Shown piece after piece: positions 59,278-64,000 of a DNA stretch of 64,000 bases (the first letter of the stretch is position 1; the number at the start of each line of letters is the position of its first letter). Source of the DNA: Candidatus Hydrothermarchaeum profundi (lineage in GTDB: Archaea; Hydrothermarchaeota; Hydrothermarchaeia; Hydrothermarchaeales; Hydrothermarchaeaceae); contig MTMF02000009.1 of assembly GCA_002011125.2 (NCBI GenBank), positions 288,001 to 352,000 of the forward strand, read 5' to 3'. Made by a program: the position numbers and the translations under genes. Under the pieces are notes generated by a model. That model saw only the letters and a program-made list of their open reading frames with translations, did not search any database and was not told the DNA's origin.

Positions 59278-59394
59278 ATAATAGCCTTCCTATATAGCAG
59301 ATACATATCCTGAGTCTTTCCTAGACGCTAACCTACCCCTAGGGCCAACAATATACATAGCGACAATTCTGGCAAACAGAAAAAGATTCGCGGT
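59278..59394 (+). pseudogene. Relic copy of part of the aglH/GPT gene
   Basis: Aligns with indels to 56328-56452 (atagcctt..acctacc..ctaggg..gc.aaca.a..ag.ttcgcggt). Confidence 0.7.
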
Positions 59395-59469
59395 AAAGTT
59401 CAAAAAGTATTACTAAATTATATGAAAAGAAAATAAGTATGGTTGTTAAAAAAAGAATAAGGTGCACCG

Positions 59470-59862
59470 ATGAGTTTAAAAAAGCAAACAGCGATGGAGG
59501 AGATCGTAGGCATCCTGAAAACTGTCAAATCAATAAGAGAGTTTGATAGGGTCGAGTTTGTGATTCTCCACGGCTCTAGGGCCTTCGGAAAAGGATTAGA
59601 AACTTCTGACTTAGACCTCTGTATATACTACAGGGGTACACCCGAGGAGATGTCCAGATTTAGATTGAAACTCCTTTCAAAGCTCCCCAGCTATGTAGAT
59701 GTACAGATATTTCAGCAACTCCCTCTCTATGTGAGAAAAGAAGTGCTTAAAGGAAAGGTGCTCTTTGCGAAGGACAAAAAATTTCTGTACGAAGTAGCTC
59801 TAAAAACAGTGAAAGATTTTGAAGCCTTTAAGCCACGGTTTTACGACTACATCTACAGGTAG
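59470..59862 (+). CDS. MNT nucleotidyltransferase antitoxin
   Basis: HGSRAFG..SDLDL, VDVQIFQQLPLY. Confidence 0.9.
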   Translation: MSLKKQTAMEEIVGILKTVKSIREFDRVEFVILHGSRAFGKGLETSDLDLCIYYRGTPEEMSRFRLKLLSKLPSYVDVQIFQQLPLYVRKEVLKGKVLFAKDKKFLYEVALKTVKDFEAFKPRFYDYIYR

Positions 59863-59869
59863 TGCTAAA

Positions 59870-60301
59870 ATGAGAGAAGACATTATAAGGACAAAAATAA
59901 TTGAGATCGAAGAGAGTATTAAACTAGTGAAAGAGCACCTGCCTGAGAATGTTGAAGAGTTTATCGCCTTAGGTCTGGTGAAAGACGGGATTTACAAGCG
60001 TATCGAGTTTGCGATTGAAAATGTGCTTGATATATGCGCCATAATAAACACCGACCTGGAACTCGGGATACCAGTAAGCGATGAAGACATAGTAGATAAC
60101 CTAGTGAGAAATAGAATCCTGAGCAAAAAGATGGGAAGAACAATAAAGGAGATGAAGGGATTCAGAAACTTCCTAGTACATAGATATGGAAAAGTCGACG
60201 AACACATAGCCTTCGAGAATATAAAAGATGGCATGAAAGACTTTTTAAAGTTTATAGAGGAGGTAAAGAATTTCCTAAGCAGGTACCGATCAGAAAAATA
60301 A
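59870..60301 (+). CDS. HEPN (DUF86) RNase toxin
   Basis: GFRNFLVHRY. Confidence 0.9.
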   Translation: MREDIIRTKIIEIEESIKLVKEHLPENVEEFIALGLVKDGIYKRIEFAIENVLDICAIINTDLELGIPVSDEDIVDNLVRNRILSKKMGRTIKEMKGFRNFLVHRYGKVDEHIAFENIKDGMKDFLKFIEEVKNFLSRYRSEK

Positions 60302-60626
60302 TATTTGTGACGCTTCTAAGGCTATAAATAAATTAACATTTGCTTGGTTTCTATCAAGCACAAAAACTCGTCTAATACTCGAAGACTACTTCCCAGTCAT
60401 CCTTCAAAAGCGACTTATCAAACATATTTCACTACGTCTTGAAACTCTTCTTGTCCCTGTAAATAGATAAGAAGTATATAGTTTGTTTATTTCTTAAAAA
60501 CTGAAAAAATATTAGTTCTGTTTTATCCTAAAACACCCCTATTAACAATTTTATAGATGACTATAATAGACCAAACTTTATAGTTTACTCGTAAAGAGGG
60601 AAAGATTTATAAGTAACTTTCCCTAT

Positions 60627-61913
60627 ATGCAGAGCATGGATAAAGAAACAATAAAAGAACTCATAATCCTATCACAAGAACAAGAAGTAAAACTAATAAA
60701 ACGAGACCTAAAAATCCACTTCGCTGGCAGGATAAACAGCATAATTGGTCCTAGAAGAGCTGGAAAAACATTTTTTATATACCAAAACATAAAACAACTC
60801 AAGAAAAAAAACAAAGATAAAATTATATATATCAATTTCGAAGATGAACGGCTTTTACCCATTAAAAAACAAGACCTAGACCTAATCTTAGAAGCATATT
60901 ACGAGCTATACCCAGAGAATAAAGGCGAGAAGCTTTACGTGTTTTTTGATGAAATACAAGCAGCTCCACATTGGCAGTACTTTGTTAGAAGACTCCACGA
61001 CCAGGAAAACATAGAGATCTGTATCACTGGCTCTAGCTCAAGACTATTGAGCAAAGAGATAGCGACTCAGCTGCGGGGCAGGACGCTAACATATTTCATT
61101 TTCCCCTACTCCTTCAAGGAATTTCTAAAGGCTAAAGGCATAGCGCTAGAAAGACATTTCGAGTATAAACCTATCCTCTATAAAATAAAAAAACTACTAG
61201 AAGAGTACACAGAGTTCGGCGGGTTCCCAGAGATCACAGATAAAGACGACCTACTCAAGACCAAGATCCTCCAAGAGTATTTTGACCTAATATTCTACAA
61301 AGACCTAGTAGAGAGGTACAAAATAAGAAACTTTGACATAGTAAAAGAAATACAGCTATATCTCGTAAACAACTTCTCCTCTTATTTTTCTACAAACAAA
61401 TACTACAAACTCTTGAAGTCCCAAGGAAAAAAAGTAAGTAAAAACACCCTGTTCACCTATATTTCCTGCATAGAAGACATAAACTTCGCTTTTCTAGTCC
61501 CAAAATACGGCAAGCTGAAGGAGCAATTCGCAAATCCCAAAAAAGTTTACATTATTGATACGGGCTTGATAAATGCGGTTGCCTTTAAAGTTTCAAAAGA
61601 TATAGGCAGGTTATACGAAAATATCGTTTTCATAGAACTTAAAAGAAGGGGTAAAGAAGTATACTACTGGAAAAACAAGTACGAATGCGATTTTTTAGTC
61701 AAAGAAAGGGAGAAAATTAAGGAAGCGATACAGGTGTGCTATGAGATAACAGAGGAAAATAAGGAGAGGGAAGTTAATGGAATAGTAGAAGCCATGGAGG
61801 AATTCAAGCTAAAGGAAGGCCTGGTAATAACAGGGGACCATGAAGGAGAAGAGACAATAAAAGACAAAAAAATAGTCTACAAGCCCCTATGGAAGTGGCT
61901 ACTACAAGATTGA
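60627..61913 (+). CDS. AAA_14/DUF4143 ATPase
   Basis: GPRRAGKT, FDEIQ, TGSSS, LRGR, GGFPE, ECDF. Confidence 0.93.
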   Translation: MQSMDKETIKELIILSQEQEVKLIKRDLKIHFAGRINSIIGPRRAGKTFFIYQNIKQLKKKNKDKIIYINFEDERLLPIKKQDLDLILEAYYELYPENKGEKLYVFFDEIQAAPHWQYFVRRLHDQENIEICITGSSSRLLSKEIATQLRGRTLTYFIFPYSFKEFLKAKGIALERHFEYKPILYKIKKLLEEYTEFGGFPEITDKDDLLKTKILQEYFDLIFYKDLVERYKIRNFDIVKEIQLYLVNNFSSYFSTNKYYKLLKSQGKKVSKNTLFTYISCIEDINFAFLVPKYGKLKEQFANPKKVYIIDTGLINAVAFKVSKDIGRLYENIVFIELKRRGKEVYYWKNKYECDFLVKEREKIKEAIQVCYEITEENKEREVNGIVEAMEEFKLKEGLVITGDHEGEETIKDKKIVYKPLWKWLLQD

Positions 61914-62227
61914 CAATTTGAAGATACCTGAAAAACTCAGTACCAAAAAAGTGGGGGTAGGAAATGTAGAGAGAATAGTAAAGAGAAAAATAGAAAGACA
62001 CTACACGGAAAAAGAGCTCTCCTCTTCTCTTCAAATACTCGCCCACTATCCCCTCTAATACTCTAGGCTTCTTTTCCGCTGAGATATCACTAGCACCAAA
62101 AGCATATCTGCCGAAAAACCCTCCTCATTACGAAAAAAAGAAAGCCCAAAAAAAACTTTTCCTCAAACATATATACAAAGAAAAACAACCCAGATTCCAA
62201 GCATAAATATGAGGAGAATATCACAGA

Positions 62228-63448
62228 ATGATCCAATTCAAACACCTCATCTACTTACTAGTAGCCCTTACCTGGTTCGAGGGAGCAACCTTCAGGGAAC
62301 ACAGGATAATAATACTCTACGGACTCCTCCTAGGCGGACTATGGCTGCTTTTTAACCTAAAAAAAATAATCACCCTAGAAATCTCATTCACAGAAAAAGG
62401 CTTCTACCTTATAGGAGTATTACTACTATTCTGGACATGGGAAGCGCTTTCCCTAATATGGGCGAATGAAATCACACCAGTATCAGAGGAAAGGATATTC
62501 AACGTGATAGCAGCCGTAGGGTTCACAGTCCTCCTATTAGACCAGCTAAAAACCGATAGAGACTGGATAAACACCTACAAGATACTCGCCATAACAGGCA
62601 CTACATCCTCATTATTAGTACTCTATGAAGCCTACACGGGAACAATCCATAGGCCAACAGGCTACATCTCTCCTGACCCTAACTACACCGCCATGCACAT
62701 CACAATACTGCTACCACTTCTATACTACTTGGCTAAAGACCTCAAGTACCCGTTAAAAATCCCATTAATAGGCGGCATAATAATAACAGCACTAGCAACA
62801 GTATCAACAGGCTCCAGAGCCGGAATAATTTCCCTAATGATGATAGCGCTTATTATCTTCTACCAAGAACTAAAGGAGAAGGACATAAAGACCATAGCTT
62901 TAACTTTTCTTGCACTCCTAACCGTATTTTCCATAGCTGCAAGCATATCCCCAGAACTGCTATCCCCTGGCTTTAAGCGTTTCGAATCACTTATAGATAT
63001 AGCAAAAGGAGAAACCAAGCCAGACTTCAGCGTCTCTAACAGGTACAGCTTAATAATCGCAGGAACAAAAATGATCGCTGACAACCCAATTCTAGGGGTA
63101 GGCACGGGAAACTTCAGAAACAGAAGCCCCGAATATGGCGCCCTCCGCCCTAATGAAGCCCACAACACCTACATCGAAGTGGCAGGCGAACTGGGGATAA
63201 TAGGTATAGCAATCTTCCTAGGCTTGATTTATTTCGCAATTAAAAACTTCCAAAGCCTAGAAAAAAACAAGTATACAACAGGAGCTAAAATCTCCTTTAT
63301 AGCGGTACTAATCAACTTCCTATTCCTTACCGCATTCACTGACCGCAGGTTCTACCTCCTAATAGCCCTTACAGTAGGAATGAGTCACGAGAAGCCTCTC
63401 ACCTTAAGAGAGTTCCTACAATCAGCTAAAGAAAAGATAAGGCTATAA
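62228..63448 (+). CDS. O-antigen ligase/Wzy family membrane protein
   Basis: DPNY, TGSRAG, NPILGVGTGNF, AHNTYIEVAGELG. Confidence 0.9.
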   Translation: MIQFKHLIYLLVALTWFEGATFREHRIIILYGLLLGGLWLLFNLKKIITLEISFTEKGFYLIGVLLLFWTWEALSLIWANEITPVSEERIFNVIAAVGFTVLLLDQLKTDRDWINTYKILAITGTTSSLLVLYEAYTGTIHRPTGYISPDPNYTAMHITILLPLLYYLAKDLKYPLKIPLIGGIIITALATVSTGSRAGIISLMMIALIIFYQELKEKDIKTIALTFLALLTVFSIAASISPELLSPGFKRFESLIDIAKGETKPDFSVSNRYSLIIAGTKMIADNPILGVGTGNFRNRSPEYGALRPNEAHNTYIEVAGELGIIGIAIFLGLIYFAIKNFQSLEKNKYTTGAKISFIAVLINFLFLTAFTDRRFYLLIALTVGMSHEKPLTLREFLQSAKEKIRL

Positions 63449-63640
63449 CTAGTGCTATCTCAAGTAGATAGCAAACAGAGACACCACTGCTCAAATAGTA
63501 TTTAAAAAACTTAAAAAGAAGTCCATGCAGATTTGGAGGCTATTTTTATATAATTATGATTACATCTCAAATGATTTTCTTCTTCTAAAGTACTAATAAA
63601 TCGTACGAAAGTATTATATATCATACGATAAAGTCAGGCG

Positions 63641-64000
63641 TTAGACAGCTCTTGACGCAATCGCTGTCTCAGGGTATTTCATTTCCCGATAAACCTCCAA
63701 AATCCTTTTAGAGATCTCCTCCCAAGAAAACCCTACAACCTTCTTTCTAGCATTAGTAGCCAGCTTATCTCTCAGAGTATTATCCTCTATCAGCTCTTCC
63801 ATCGCCTTAGCTAAACCAACTGAATCTCTAGGCTCAACCACGAGGGAGTTCTCATGATCAACACAAATGCTCTTGATCCCCCCAACAGATGTAGCAATCA
63901 CAGGCAACCCTGCCGCCCAAGCCTCTAATACCGTGAGGGGCAACCCTTCCCACGTAGAAGGCAAAATAAAAGCATCACTACTCAGATACAGCTCCACCAG
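63641..64000 (-). CDS. GT4 glycosyltransferase, C-terminal part (runs off window)
   Basis: PSTWEGLPLTVLEAWAAG. Confidence 0.9.
   Translation of the reverse strand: MVELYLSSDAFILPSTWEGLPLTVLEAWAAGLPVIATSVGGIKSICVDHENSLVVEPRDSVGLAKAMEELIEDNTLRDKLATNARKKVVGFSWEEISKRILEVYREMKYPETAIASRAV

Noticed and set aside
32781-61910. Diversity-generating retroelement TR/VR pairs among the duplicated segments
   Set aside because: Mismatches are not adenine-specific, some include indels, and no reverse transcriptase is present in the window
60310-62130. Possible further PIN (60340-60465) and ATPase (62005-62100) fragments on the minus strand
   Set aside because: Only a few residues of resemblance; cannot be supported without a search

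Overview
Archaeal chromosomal window from an anaerobe: TATA-like promoters, GGAGG/GGTGA ribosome-binding sites, archaeal CdhAB-type CO dehydrogenase, HdrA/MvhD, RtcA and a NOG1 GTPase. A Hydrothermarchaeota-like euryarchaeote is plausible, but this is inference only. Layout: (1) 1-8.3 kb, a decaying accessory island downstream of tRNA-Lys(CTT), with a tyrosine-integrase relic, two degenerate integron attC-like sites, membrane/ABC genes and pseudogenes. (2) 8.7-21 kb, a divergent energy locus: HdrD-like/FrhB/HdrA/MvhD/HdrA-MvhD on minus and FrhB-CdhA-CdhB on plus. (3) 21-30 kb, housekeeping and metal-resistance genes (rtcA, NOG1, ArsR-small ORF-CadA, CBS proteins, hisE, heptad-repeat acylphosphatase). 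(4) 30-35 kb, a QueF fused to a restriction-enzyme-type N-terminal domain, toxin-antitoxin pairs and an AAA_14/DUF4143 ATPase. (5) 35-64 kb, a large and partly very AT-rich surface-polysaccharide cluster (Wzz, SqdB/Agl3, Wzx, Wzy-like, FemAB-like, deacetylases, methyltransferases, GT4s, AglH), with poly-A frameshifts, an IS66 relic, more TA/ATPase cassettes and relic gene duplicates. All family calls come from motif recognition by eye; no database searches were run.
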